DNA of 64,000 nt, taken from positions 1-64,000 of the forward strand of contig NC_090596.1 of NCBI RefSeq assembly GCF_000497125.1. Direction: 5' to 3'. This DNA comes from Spironucleus salmonicida (Eukaryota). The notes beneath the pieces were generated by a model. The model was given only the letters and a program-made list of their open reading frames with translations, was not told where the DNA came from and made no database searches. Position numbers and translations under genes: made by a program. Below are positions 45,846 to 60,786 of this stretch, piece by piece (positions within the stretch are counted from its first letter, which is position 1; each line of letters starts with the position of its first letter).

Positions 45846-46179
45846 TATGAAGGTTAAGCCATTATACACTATGCCAACAGCATCGACTCAGGCTCGCAGC
45901 ACCAAAATGTGGAAGGCCTAAGCTAGCATAAGTCCAACCCTATTCTTGCTAAATTATGATATTGCTACCTCGCTGGGTCCTGACTACCAGCTAGCGCCAT
46001 CTCGTCACCCTGATAGCCACACTCTCGCTGACCTCGCTTTGGTAAAACTCATCCTGCGAGTCGTCGTTACCATTTAAAACTCATCCATCCCTATGCTTCG
46101 GTGTTAAGCAGCATACCGGGTGAGACTGCAAAATATCATTTTTGATAGATTATGCATCATCCGGGTATTAAAGATATAA

Positions 46180-47550
46180 TACAATCAGTATTCGGCATAA
46201 CCTGTGCTTGTACTCTACTAGTGAGAATACCCTTCTTAGTGCTACTGTGTACCTGGGCTCATAAGTGAATATATATTAGTAAGTATAGTAATGTATTATA
46301 TAGATACAATAGTAATATACTAAATATCCTTATAAGCACCACTCCCAATGCATATATACTATGAAACTCCAATTAAGTTATTACTATATATACTATAGTA
46401 TTGCATACTCATCAAGCACTATCCCAGTACCACTCACGCCTGCCTTGGTGCTGTCTATGGAACTACTTGGGGTACCAGTACTGGTGGTACCCACTTCAGT
46501 AGCAGGCAGGTATTAAAGATAAAATACAAGCAGTCTTCGGCATAGCCTGTGCTTGTACTCTACAGGTGAGAATAGCCTTCTTAGGCTACTGTGCACCTGG
46601 GCTCATAAGTGAGTATATATTAGTAAGTATAGTAGTATATTATATAAGTACAATAGTATATACTAAATATCCTTACAAGCACCACTCCCAATGCATATAT
46701 ACTACTAAACTCCATTTAAGATATTACTATATATACTATAGTATTGTATTGTCGTCAAGCACTATCCCAGTACCACTCACGCCTACCGTGGTGCTGTCTA
46801 TGGAACTACTTGGGGTACCAGTACTGGTGGTACCCAGTTCAGTAGCAGCCAGGTATTACACATAGAATATACTAACAGCATTCGGCATAGCCTGTGCTTG
46901 TACTCTACAGGTAAGAATAGCCTTCTTAGGCTACTGTGCACCTGGGCTCATAAGTGAGTATATATTAGTAAGTATAGTAGTATATTATATAAGTACAATA
47001 GTATATACTAAATATCCTTACAAGCACCACTCCCAATGCATATATACTACTAAACTCCATTTAAGATATTACTATATATACTATAGTATTGTATTGTCGT
47101 CAAGCACTATCCCAGTACCACTCACGCCTACCGTGGTGCTGTCTATGGAACTACTTGGGGTACCAGTACTGGTGGTACCCAGTTCAGTAGCAGCCAGGTA
47201 TTACACATAGAATATACAAACAGCATTCGGCATAGCCTGTGCTTGTACTCTACAGGTAAGAATAGCCTTCTTAGGCTACTTTGTACCTGGGCTCATAAGT
47301 GAATATATATTAGTAAGTATAGTAATGTATTATATAGATACAATAGTATATACTAAATATCCTTATAGGCACCACTCCCAATGCATATATACTATTAAAC
47401 TCCATTTAAGCTATTACTATATATAATATAGTATTGTATAATCATCCAGCACTACGCCAGTACCACTCACGCCTACCGTGGTGCTGTCTATGGAAATACT
47501 TGGGGTACCGTACTAGTGGTACCGACTTCACTAGCAGGCAGGTATGCCAA
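46180..47550. repeat. ~345-bp satellite array 4b (4 units)
   Basis: Unit marker at ~46193, 46538, 46883 and 47228. Preceded by a right-flank/left-flank junction (~45845-46180) and followed by the last right flank, ending ~47710. Confidence 0.93.
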
Positions 47551-49866
47551 ATATGAAGGTTAAGCCATTATACACTATGCCAACAGCATCACTCAGCCTC
47601 GTAGCACCAAGATGTGGAAGGCCTAAGCTAGCATAAGTTCAGTCCTATTCTTGCTAAATTATGATATTGCTACCTCGCTGGGTCCTGACCACCGAGCTAG
47701 CGCTATCCTCGCCACCGGCTAAAGCAAACATTAGAAAGCCAGCTGATACCTTTATGTCCAAACTTCCCAGCTAATTTATTCTTACAGGCGTGCTAAGTGC
47801 CTACCGGCAGAAGCATACTCCCCATCTAGTATATCTGCTTCGCTAAGTTCTACCCATATATTAAATATATATGGTATTGATATGTGAAAGGTAATGTAGA
47901 ATTACTGCTAGTATTACTACTATAAGAACTTACTACCACCATTGTACCGAAAGTGTTATTTTATAGCAGAATACACTAAGTCCAATATTGTGCTTCCATG
48001 CCCAAGAATGTAGGACCCAATATCAAAACTTATTGGCAACCGAGGCATCGTCTTGTACTTAACGAAATAGGTGCTTGCAATACATTTGATGCCTAAAACC
48101 TACCAGTAATGCTGTAGCGAAATAGAACGATTAGCTATATACGCAAGTTTTCATATCCATCGAACCCATCAGAAGCTAAACTATATTATGCTCGCTCGGG
48201 ACATGATATCCATATGCAATTTTAATCTCTTGTTTTTGACTTTCTGATTAACTTTCCCTTCTCCGTCGCTGTATTAGATTGCTTTTTCGAACACAGTATC
48301 TTTGTGTTTTGATATTATTATAACTAGATATATTCATACTAAATAATATTATAAATAGTTCAGGCTAGCAATATACTCCCTAACCTCGTTATATGCAAAT
48401 TCGTCTAATAGAATATATTCCGATATGTTTCTATTGGGGTATAGTATAATGCGGCAGATGGGGATCCTTACCGTGCCATTAAAGGTAGCTCTTCGTTCGT
48501 GCTTTAATCTTACCCTAGCTCTTGCTAGCTAGGAACTAGCTGCTTGAGGACGCTAGCTAACTAACTTACCGAACTTAGTATTTCACTAGTGCATGCTAGC
48601 CTAGTATATCTATTATCATATATATCCTCTGGGCATAACCAATATAGGCTCAGTGCTAAAGTGTAAATAGTATATATTCTGCATTCTCTAAATTACATTA
48701 TATATTTATGCATTATATTCTATACACCTATTTCATATTCGAGTCAACCGTAGTTTATCTGTGCATGCCCCACTGTTAGCAGGAACCGGAGGCAGCAGCT
48801 CAGGCATCCTGATATGCATCAAAATAACAGTGCTCGCCTGAAGATCGCTGGGAGAGCAGCATATTAGTTTAGGTGGGGGTGTGGGGTTAGCTCTTAATTC
48901 TGCTCAATGTGAAAGGCCTCCAGTCCAATGTATCAGTTCCATGCCAACTATCAGGTGCACCTGCTGCCTGATTGGTGTGAGTCAGTGCTGGTATGCGGAT
49001 GATGGGAGCACTTACTGCATTAGGACACCAGGTGGTCTTTAACGGTTTACCGATTCTATGATATGTGGTTGAGCACCAGCCTGAGTGCCGATGAACTGCA
49101 GGCTGGTGCGGAATGAAGATTGTGGGTTGAGTGTTATAATTCTGTTTCAAATGTTATTCTTATTAATAGATTTTAAAAAGATACATGATATATGATATTC
49201 AGTGGGATGAAGTATGAGTTTGTATATCTTGTATTTGTATTTTGCTGTTGTATATTTTGATGATGTAACAGTAAAGGTAAATATAATTATAATTATTATA
49301 TAGCAGTTCGTATCTTGTCAACGCAAAATAAAATGCATTTTAATTAACTTAATTAAAGAGACATTAATAAGTTACAATCATCAATTTCATATACATGAAA
49401 TTCTTTTTTTTTAAGTTTTTATATATATCATTTGTGTTGCAAACAATACGATATTTTTTATTTTTAAAATAAAAAATAAAATATTTTTTTAATTTTGCTA
49501 CTATGCTTATCTACTTCGTATAGTAATAGTCATAGATTAAACTCAGATATGATAGAATTTCATTCAATATAATTGTAGCATCCATTATTGGTTAAAATAA
49601 TTATTTTTATCATTATTTCCTCGAAAGATAATATTAGTAAGAAACTGACTATGCTCATAATATAAATTTAACGTATATCTCCTTAACATGATAACATAAT
49701 AAGATAGCTCTAAGTTTGTTTTATATTAGGGATTATAATATAGACAAGAGTCATTATCTTCATTAAAAAACTAATTAGACATTTATATTACAGCCTAGTA
49801 TACTATAAAATATATATGAATAATAAAGAATTAAATTCATATAATAATAAAAATATAATAAATTAA

Positions 49867-52572
49867 TCATAATCTCCCTGATGTTGAAATCTCATGTTTA
49901 ATCAATTGACAAAACTCATCGTTTTCAATATAATGCTCAATATTTTCAGGCATTCTATAACACCAATACCAGTCTGATAATGCAGGGTTGTTAATATTCT
50001 CTTATATTAATTCACCCTGAAATCTAGTATTTTCAGTTATTGCAGCCCAATCCTACCACAAAAACATAGCTATCATCGACTAGGTATGTAGGTGTTTCCT
50101 AACTATGTTTAATGAATCTTAAACTGATAGCTGAGCTTTCCATCCATCACCTGTTCTATTAAAACACTCCTTCCAGTATAATTAAACTTATTTTTTATTA
50201 CTGTCCCACCAGTATCTTACCGTTGGGCAGTCATGTGTTCCAGGTGTGCAAACAGTCATCCATGTATAATTCTCCTCTTTTTAAAAGTTATCTTCGGGAT
50301 CACTTGGCATATTATGGACTCTAAACCCTAATAGCCCATGTTCTTTCATTTTTTAAGGTACAATCGGCGCCAATAACCCTAAATCTTCACCAATAATTAA
50401 CATTTGACTAGATTTGCCTATGATCGGCAATCTTATGTTTGCAGAGTTGGCCCAAGTATCCTAATGTGCTTTGTAGAAATAATCATTTGCAATAGTCCGC
50501 AACAAGACTTTCCATTACTATGGTAGCAATGAAAAAGAAATAGTCTCTGTATCAATTTTAGTATTGCAAAATATTGGATGGCAAAACACGTCTGGCAAAA
50601 GTCTATCTTTCGTAAAGCATCGATTTGAACTAAGCAGAATAACACTATTCTTAACTCTCTAAAAATCAATTTCTTGCAGTTTCATATTTTCAATTAATCT
50701 TACAGTTTCACGCTCAGAAAATTTAAGGTTAAACCCACCAAATTGCAAGTCCTATACAAGGAAATTTTTAGAAACTAAAAACTAAAAATCAGCAGATGAA
50801 ATAAGTTTTGGGACGCAGTGTTGTTCATCAATGAGCGGCCTTGTAAGGCGTTCCACATCCCATATACCAAGTTTTTATAGTGTATCCCAGGCAATAGGAT
50901 CACACGGTGCAAAATGTCCTAAGCGTCCATTACCTTTACAACAAGTACCTGGGATCTCCCAGATACGGAACCATCCTAGTACATGATCTATACGGAAAGA
51001 GTCAAAATAACGCTCCATTGCCTAGAAACGACGCGTCCACCACTCAAAATCGTTATTATGTCGCATTGCATCCCAATTATAAGTAGGGAAATCCCAATTT
51101 TAACCAGTCGCTGAAAACTAATCAGGAGGAGCTCCGGTTGATGTATCCATGTTAAAAAGATCTGTCCGTTCCCACGTATCCACAGAGCATGGATGTACAC
51201 CAATAGGTATATCTCCTTTAAAGAAAACACCTTTTTAGCGGGCATGTAAGGCTGCTTCATATAGCTGAATATCTAGATTTTGCTAAATAAAAGCGTAGAA
51301 TAATATATTTTTAGCCAATTTCTTATTGTTAAAAATCTATCTGATATAGATCTATTTATCGTCCATATTAAGTAATTTGAACTGTTCAGGATCATAGAAA
51401 TCCATTTTTTTCCATAAATTAAAATCAGTTGTTCTATTTAACTCATGTAGGTATTTGAATACTGAATATCCGTATATCCAATAACTAATGTTTGGTGTGT
51501 TATCTATCCAACTTTAAACTGAAGCTGATAATTTTTCGTAATTTTTATTCCAAATTTTACGCATTATATCCATCTTTACGTCAACAGTCTTATCATAATC
51601 CATTGCCATCTTCTCACCTTTACACTCAACTCTTGCATTTTCAATCAAATCTTTAAACTCGCCACTCCCTTAAACGTCTTACAGACGTAAATACATTACA
51701 TGCATACCGAACACACTGATTCCATTATATGGTTATGCGTCACGCCAAGAAAATTCCGATATTGTATCGTTAACAGGGATTATTTAAATAACGCGAATTC
51801 CTGATTTTGCTGCTAGATCACTGAATATTTTTAAATCTGCAAATTCCCCGCAACCAATTGACTCTTTTGAACGTAGTGAAAAAATCGGAATATTAATACC
51901 TGCAATTTTTGGTTAGGGTTCAATGGCATAATTGAAAATTGAACTGAAAATATATATTTTTTTGGTACAATTACGTGGAGTTACTGTGTTAAGACGTCTA
52001 TTTGGGCCTTACTCAAAAGTTTGATCATTGATTACGAATTTATATTCAAAACTATTAAAATCCGCTTAAACTATCTTGATTTTTGCTTCATATTGCCTAT
52101 TACCAATGTGAATAAGTGGTACATGTAAATTCCAGTCAATAGATGAAATAATCGCAACTTTCTCTACAGGATATGGAACGAAAGTGCGAACAAGAATTTC
52201 CTACTCAGCTTAAATTGTATCTAAATACGAAGGTACAACAGTTTTTGAAGATATTACTTCAAAAACAGAAGAATACCAAGGAGTCTATCTGTTGAAATTT
52301 AAATCATCATATAAAATTATTTATGCGTTTGGTTTAAATTATGGTAAATAATGAATAGCAACATCATCTTAGTTTTTTGTAAAGTATCTATATGTCCCAG
52401 ATTCGTATTTACTAAATGTAATAGTAACGAATTAATTCTTGTATGTAAACTATAATGGAATTGCATTTTATCTGATACCATTGCCTAGTTCAGGTGTATT
52501 ACCTAGTATAAAAATTTATTCATCTAAATTAGCTTTAAAGTTTGCAGCATGAAATGTGATATCCATGGTCAT
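49867..52572 (-). CDS. DPE2: 4-alpha-glucanotransferase (GH77, DPE2/amylomaltase type) with two N-terminal CBM20-like domains, 901 aa
   Basis: Code-6 ORF MTMDITFHAANFKANLDEQIFILGNTPELG (CBM20). GH77 motifs: AGINIPIFSLRS, GCGEFADL, IQIIPVNDT, KGDIPIGV, GAPPD..GQNWDFPTYNW, FRIDHVLGWFRIWEIP, GEDLG; ends ..STSGRL*. Many in-frame TAA/TAG fall at conserved Gln positions. Confidence 0.95.
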
Positions 52573-52896
52573 TTTTAAATCCACTGATCAAACATAATTT
52601 AAATAATACTTCATATTTTTATATAATACTAATGTATTATGTTTTCAATAACTGATAGTTATTAAGAAACTAATATATCCCTTACAATGCTGATTGTGCA
52701 AGTGACAATGTTTGGGAATGCATATGATTAAAAGTTATCGCTAATTTATATAAACTATCTACTCAGACTTAATTATAGGAAATTTTAAGAATCAGACTAA
52801 TAGTAAAATATCTAACTTTATATTAGATAAGACAAAACTACTAAAATAATTATCCTATATAAACAAATATTATTATGATATAATTTTACCTGTTTT

Positions 52897-55800
52897 TCAC
52901 TCCAACAAGATTCGTTCTATGCTTTATTTATATTCTTCATTAAAAGCTCCCTCTTTTGCTATTTTTTTAAGTGAGTCATATCTTATTTTATAGCAAACTA
53001 TTTCAAAAAACTTTTAATTCTTTTTTTCCACACATGATTATAATAGATCAAAATAAATTAAGTCATCTAGATTATTTAAAAATAATCCATAATTAACATT
53101 TTAGATAATGCATATTTTGTTCAATAAATTTAAATCTTCTCCGTCTTAAACTAAACTATTCAGTGTCTAAACAGAAAGAACATTTAAGAATTTTTCAAGC
53201 TTTAAAATAATTATAAGTTATATTGCATTGGTATTCTTTGGGATATAGAAATAGTGATTATTAAACAATACAATTTGCTCTGTCTCAGTACATAATGCTA
53301 CCTCAAACGGTATTAATTTTATAAGATTCTCTAGATTTTAAAATATAATCGCATAATGGATTGAATAAAATCCATAAAATATTTTATTAGAAATATTAGT
53401 TTATCTAGTATCGAATTATTTAAGGAAGAATCTAATTTGTTTTTACTTAATATTTTATGATAATGCATTAAACCAAGCGGTTTAAACTTCAACTTATGTC
53501 GAAAATGATATTGTTGTATTATTTTACATTAGAATTGATTTCTCAGATAATGAAAGCTCTAATGAATATATTATTTGTCGTGAACCCATGATTTCTTTAA
53601 CATTTAGTGTATTCTTATGAACAAGAAATTACATATTGTAATACTATTTTAATTAAGGCATGTTGTAATTATAATATTTCTAGATCTCAGTTGATTCAAA
53701 TAAATCATTTTATATTACTAGATAATAATTTAACCTAGATTAGTTATATTAACAAATTTTATTCATGAAATTTATTCTCCATTCTGGTTGCTAATTTGGC
53801 CCATATTGAAGTTTAATTATATTATCAATTTAATAATACCACATATCATGTTCAGATAATTTTATTCTTTATGCAAAAACTTTTAATATAATGTCCAATG
53901 AATAATAATTAAGCACTAATAATATCTTAGAGATAAGTTATGAATTACTTTAAAGTAGACAAATTTATAAAATTTTAAATATACGTTATTCATCTTGTTA
54001 TCTAATTAGACGAACTAACTCACAATAAACTATAATAAGAGAAAGCTCAATATCATATTAAGTAGCCAATTCAATTAATGTAAGTTGAAACGATGGCATA
54101 TAATTAATATATTTTTCATCCTTAATAACAGCTTACTTTTCTGATTCTATAATTGTAACCTTAAACCATTGTTCAAGATAATATTCTTGCAAAATATTAA
54201 CTGTTTATTAGTTTTTAGACAATATAGCAATATGTATTACATTTGAACCTTCAGGTAATATGACTAGTTTGTCCTCTATTAAAATTATAACCGGCTATTA
54301 CATGACAGTTTATGATTATGATTTTAAAAAGTACTATAAAACAATTTAGCTATTGTAAAGTGCTGCGTAAAAAAGTTAATTAAAACCTTCATAATAGCCA
54401 AATAAATAATTTGTTTCGCGTTACTCAACTACTAACTAATCTGATCTATATAAATTAAGCTGCTTTTCTGAATCTTACACATAAAACAAATTAACCCATT
54501 ATTCAAATTTATTACCAACTTTGTATATTGTTTATGTTAAAGCAAATTATTACTATATTCTAAAAACTTCAGAAACCTAAATATTTTAATGATTAGATTT
54601 TAAATCTTCATCACAAAAGTAATATGTATTTAATAATGAAATATCTGATTCATCTGATGAGTTTTTAAGATTTTCTAGACAAATATTTCCCAATAAAAAG
54701 TACTTAAAACATTTCTTAAAGTTTAAATTCTCAATATAATCTAATGGGCATAAACCATTTACTCTATGAATTAGTCCTTTTTAAACATGTGGTAAAATAG
54801 AAGATGATGAATTTATATTTTAACTGATATATTTAATTAATTCTTAGTTATTAGACTAAAACATATCATGTATGAAAGTTAGCTTGTTTGGAGATTTGTT
54901 AATAAGTGATAAAGTTTCTTTTATCTCTGATAAAAAAAACTAACTCTTCGATAAATCTTAGTACCCACTAATGATAGCTAAACGTAAAAAATATTATTAA
55001 GACTTTAATATTTTAACAGATTATTCCTCATATTTTAAATAATAGTCCAATAGAATATTAAAACAATCTTTGTTACCAGCACATATAGATATTCCCAATG
55101 GATGACAACAATAATTATTGAAGATAATATATTAATTGTTGAAATTTAATGCAATCTACCGGTTGGATGGCTCTATTATTAAATGATTATCAACACAATA
55201 CTAAATATATAACATCTTTTTAAAATACACTGCATATTACAAAGGAGTGAATCCATTTATGATAGTTTTATAATTTGATACTCTTAAATCAATGTCATCT
55301 TTGTATTATTAAAAATAAGCTAAATTAGTTACCGATTCATTATAAATCTAATCAACAAACTCTGAATATTTTAAACTTTGGATAACACTATTAAGATATT
55401 ATGTTTCTAAGTTTGTAATCTAACTTCTTGTGGCAAATAAATCTTCCTTATAGAGTTTAACATAAACAGGTTTATGATGTAAATCTATAATATCTTAGCA
55501 ATCTTATTTTATATTAAAATAATCATAATGAATATCTTTATATTTGTTTACAATAATGGCCACTGTAAAGAATTATATAATCTTGTCTATAAATTTAATG
55601 GTTGGTATACTAACAATATTGTCTTATTAAACTTGATTAAGCTGTTAAAAAAATAATACTGATTACTTGTGTAAAATAAAAGGTTCTTTCGCTATTATTG
55701 GAAGTATGTTAATTATCTTTTATAAATAAAGGAAATTTTATGAAAAATAACAATATGTTATAACTTTATCAAACCTAATGTTAAACTTGTCAAAGAATTT

Positions 55801-58158
55801 AACATATAATTTTAATAACAGTTAAAACATTTGTTACAAATACTTATCATGTTTCATTATTATCAATATATCTACAACACTGAATGACTATTCCTAACTA
55901 TTTAATAAAGTGAATAAAAATTACTTTAACTTAGAGTTTAAATCTAAATAAGATTTGGATAATATATCTTCTACAATTGGTTATAATAATGACAAAACAA
56001 ATTTTGAATCTAATGATAGCAGCATTATTACAATTAAACATGAATTTTTATAAACATATATCATCATATCAGAATCCACACTTTTAAAAGGTAAAATAAC
56101 TGATGATTAATTCTCTTGATAAAAACAATTTTTGAAATGTCTCTTGATGAATCCAATATTCTACCCAATTATTGCGTAATGAATAGGATAAAATCCATTA
56201 TAAATTCCTTAGGAATAATTCGACTCTCTAGAATCTGCCCTTTATGGTATTTTTGCAAAATCTATGTTTGAAACAACGTTCATAGCATCTACAAATTCAA
56301 TAAACTATGAATCCTTAGCGTAGGGTAAAAAATTAATGCATTGTAAAACCAAGGTATGCTTTTTCTCAGTATCTTGATTATTAAAAATTAAATCAATCTA
56401 ATAAAGCTAACTACAATCATACTTGAATTTGATTTTTCTTTCAATAATATTTGATTATAACTCTTTTTCAACTGAAATTTACTAAAGCAAATATGATTGT
56501 CGTATCTAATTATTTATTTCTAAATAAGCTAAATTTGCAACATAAGTTCTTGTCTAATCTTATTTGAATAATTACTTGTCAACTTACAAAACAGAGCAAA
56601 TTTTATTGTAAAGATTACTCCAAATTGTATTCTGATCTAATAAATTAAGTAAAATATAATCTGCCAAAAATCTTAAAAATCTAGTTAATATATTATTAGA
56701 TACGTAGGACTCATTAATTACTCTATTAATTGTCAAATCACAAACACGCAAAATTTCTAGCTAGTATTTAAAGTTATAGAACATTACTTCAAGCGCTTCA
56801 TAAATAGTAGCATTTTCTTCGACGAACGAATCAAACAGTAAGTTATTTTCATATGTTGACTTTACTAATTCCTAGCATATAATGGCACCACATGATAGTA
56901 TCTCTTCAGCTGCTTCATTATTAAGTGTTTTTGCAAAACTAAATATTGAGGTTCCATCATGGCAAAGGAAGAGTTTTAGTTCATCAGCAAAGTCTAAAAT
57001 ACATTTTGTTGTATTTACTTTATTAAGACAAAGTGCAAATTCTAATAGATTTGCCTTGGGTTAAACAACTTCAAACTAATTTTTAAGAGTGAAGAAATAT
57101 TCATAGTTTATTGTTAGTTTTAATAATTCTGCATCATCTTTCAATATTATATAATGACTTACAAATAAATTTTCATATGATTAAAGTCTGAATAATTTTC
57201 TATTTGTTTATAGAAATTCTTTGGTTATATTTTGCGAAAAATATATCTCTAAAAGTTCTTATTTTTGCTTTTACATCATAATTGATTTATTTCTCGCTGT
57301 AAATAGTTTTTATTTTAAAACTTCCTTAGCTGCATATAATTACTTTCTTTTTTCTTCTTCTGGGTCAAATTTCGGTACTCGATCAATAAAACTTAATTCC
57401 CCAAAATTTGTAGAATAACGTTTTTGGTCCCATTTTTTACTCACTTCTTCTACATAGTTTGTTTCTAAATACTTTAAGCTTTTTTTAAGTAAAGAAAAGG
57501 TATTTTCTAATACATAAATTTTAACTTTTTTATTCTTAAATGCGTCAGAATTTTCAACCATTTCAACTGGATGTAACCTACCAGTTAGCGCAATTTGAAC
57601 ATAAAATCCCTTTTATAACTCAGATGTAAATGCAGAAAAATTATCAACCAACCATTCAAAATTTTTTACTAAGCCAAGAGACAGTATAGCATTAAAATGA
57701 CTGAACTATCCACTTTTGACAAGAGGAACATCAAGAGCTAAAAATTTTTTGCTTGTGAAAATCTACTGGCTGATATTACTTTTTTGATTTATAAGTGCTA
57801 TTAAAGTAGAAGTAAGACCTTTGGAATCACATATACCGAATTGCGATTAAAGGAGCTAAATTGCCTTTTCTGAGTTTCGTAAAATTGCAATCATTAAAGG
57901 TGTTGCATTGGAGTTAAACGTAATTTTATTAAAAGCAGTCTATGTTGATGCTTAAAATGGTACTTTTAAGGATATTGATGCATTTAAATTTAAGAGTTAC
58001 TTTATTGCGTTTGGTGAATTTTCGTAAGCAGCATAATGAAGTAAAGGAAGCCCTAGAGGTGAAGGTGATAATGTATCACTATACTTATCATAAATATCAT
58101 GATTAAACTGAATGGTATCTTTACGAATATTAGCAAATAATTCTGATGCATTTAGCAT
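52897..58158 (-). CDS. Large ankyrin-repeat protein, 1753 aa
   Basis: Open from ATG 58158 (MLNASELFANIRKD) to TGA at 52897 (..ERILLE*, GAGTGA). Ankyrin motifs: GLPLLHYAAYENS, ATPLMIAILRNS, GFYPIHYAIIG, GFTPLQYAVY, GFYSIHYAIIF. Confidence 0.9.
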
Positions 58159-58208
58159 TTTAATTCGTTTAAGATATTTATCATAATACTAGAGATATAA
58201 TTAATTTA

Positions 58209-58799
58209 ATGAAAATGAAGTATTCTTACTTTAGAAGAAAATAAAGCTTTTTTAAAGATGAAATATAACAGAGTACATAATATACTAAATGTATTGATAT
58301 ATAAACCATCCCAGCCTGTTAAATATTCCTAGCACCGAAATTTAAATAATCTTTTGTAGTATCTAAACTTAGAATTTAGAAAAAAATTGATTAATAATAG
58401 AAGGATAAAATTTACTTAAAGTAATATAATCTTATGGTAAGTATAATTAATCAGTTAGTAAATGATAAAACAAAAATGTATTTAGATTAATTAGAAATAT
58501 CCACTGAAAAGCTAATACTAAGGCAATATTTTAACTATTAGTATCTAAATTTCAGTAGGTTAAAAGATAATTTTTTCTTGCTAAAGACCTAAGAACTGCA
58601 ATTATCAACAAAAATCTTAAAATCTCCTTTTCTTCTAGACATAAAATTCTACAAAAATAAAATTTTGCATATTTTTGATTGTAAAATTCTCCCTGAACGA
58701 AAAATAAGGAACAAAATTAAGTATAATGAACTAGAAGAAATAGCAAATTCTCAAAAATAATATAATAAAATAATATAAAAAATATTTGACGATTATTGA
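58209..58799 (+). CDS. Hypothetical protein, 196 aa
   Basis: Code-6 ORF MKMKYSYFRRKQ..KIFDDY* that fills the gap between its two neighbours. It stops 4 bp from the convergent stop at 58804. No motif recognised. Confidence 0.6.
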
Positions 58800-58803
58800 T
58801 TAC

Positions 58804-60711
58804 TCATATTTTGCTAATTTAAATATTCAGACTGCCTACCTTAAATTGAAGTTCATCTGATATTTCTTAGTTATTTAATAACCCCTATGTTGGCATTTTT
58901 ATAGTTTCTATTGGGTTTAATCCATCTTCGGAATTCTTCATTAATTTTAAGATTAAATTTCCGTTATTTAGCCAATTAAGGGTCTCTTATATCATGGGCA
59001 ATTTAAATATCAAGTCTTAATCAAATTCTACAATAAGTTCGTCATCTTTAGCATTTTATGGAGCTGATAGGAATTCTTTCGTAAAAAATCCTACAAATAA
59101 AGAATATTATCCTTCTAATTTAGCGTTTAATTACATATCAGAATAAGAAATTTCAAAAGTTTATAAAACAGGTTCAAAGTCATCAGATTTTGATTCTTCT
59201 AATAAATTAATCTCTTCGTCTTCAACTATTTGAACCTATAATATCTCTTCTTTTTTCTCAACTTTCTGTATATCTTATATCTAATCATGTTTTTACTCCA
59301 CTATGGGATGCTATAGGCTTCCCAATGTATTAATTTCTTTAGATTAATAATTTTATATAGATTATTAATTTTATAGCCTATCTATAATAGTTTTTGTTAA
59401 TGAATTATTTTGTTAATTTTATATTTATATAATGTCCAACTATTAGCTAGTTTGCTATTACTATCCAGCTCTTAAGAAAATATCATCATAATTATTTGTA
59501 TAAATTTTATTTTAATTTTTACATTCCACTAACTAATTTTGTAAATTGGTAATCTCCAATTATAATTCTTAAACTCTTCCTTCTAATTCATCTCTAATTT
59601 AATTTATACTCTCTAATTAATCTGCTAAATGATTATATCTGTGCATCGCTCGTTCTTTGGCTTTTACGTAAACTTATTTTTCAGTTTCAAGTTATCTTTC
59701 TGCTTTCTCTTTATTTTCAATCAATTATTTATACTTCTCATGTTCTGATACAAATTCAGTATGAACTTTTGTTAATTCGCTCGTAAAGTTTTCTATTTCT
59801 TCTTAGTGTATATTCTTTATTTTTGCGATTTCATTTTCATGTGATTACTAATAAATTTATACTTGACCAATATTTTCACCTCTTATCTCCATTATCTTAT
59901 TTTGCATATCTGAATTAAACTAAATTCTTTCATTTACTATTTTGTCGGCTAGTATTTGAAGTTCTTTTTATTTCTCAATGTTTTAATTTTTAAGAGAAAC
60001 AATTTCATCAGCTAATTCCGAAATTGATTCAACCGAAGTTATAGCATAAATCTTTTATAATTCATTCCTAAGCTCTTAATTTTAGGTGTTGAGATTTCCT
60101 TAACTTATTTTAAGTCTTTAATTATCTTTCTCTAAACTACTAGTCTACTATACTAATTCTTAAATTTTCTGAGAACTCTCTTTTTTAAGTATCTCTAACC
60201 TTCCAGCTGAGTCTAAAGCTGCTGCAAAATGTTATGCTAGGTCTTTTTCGATTAACTATTTTTCTTATTACATAGAGATTAATTTTTATGCCATCTCTTC
60301 GATTTTAAGCTAATTACTTCGGGATCTTTCCTGATCTAATGATAATTATGCATTTCTTGTTCTTAGATCTTCTACTTCGAATTTTTATGTTTCAACATGT
60401 TCTAAAACTCTTTTATAACCATCTCTTAATTTTTCAAAATGAGCTGTCAGCGCGTCATAATCTGCCTATAGAGATGTAGCCTTGGCTAATGCAGCAGCTA
60501 AATCTTTTTTAAGTATAGGGTCTTATATGTTACTATTATGTGATACTTTGTTATTACATGCATTACATAATTAAAATTAAGCTTGTTTCAATTCATCTTA
60601 TGTTGATGATAACTTAGATCTTAGTGTTAATACAAGTTTCTTTAATACTTAATTCTAGTCAGACTCATTTCGTGGTAGTGCACGTTCTAAAGCATCTAAT
60701 GAAATATCCAT
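58804..60711 (-). CDS. Coiled-coil protein with C-terminal C2-like domain (possibly RPGRIP1/RPGRIP1L-like), 635 aa
   Basis: Open from ATG 60711 (MDISLDALERALPRNE) to TGA at 58804. A long E/K/Q/L heptad-rich region is followed by a ~120-aa beta-rich tail (TFEISYSD..ETLNWLNNGNLILKL..VGSLNIQISKI*). The ORF is solid; the family call is tentative. Confidence 0.8.
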
Positions 60712-60786
60712 AAATTTATAAATAATCTAACATTATATTTAATATATTATAATAAATTATTATTTGAAATGAGAATTAACCATTTA

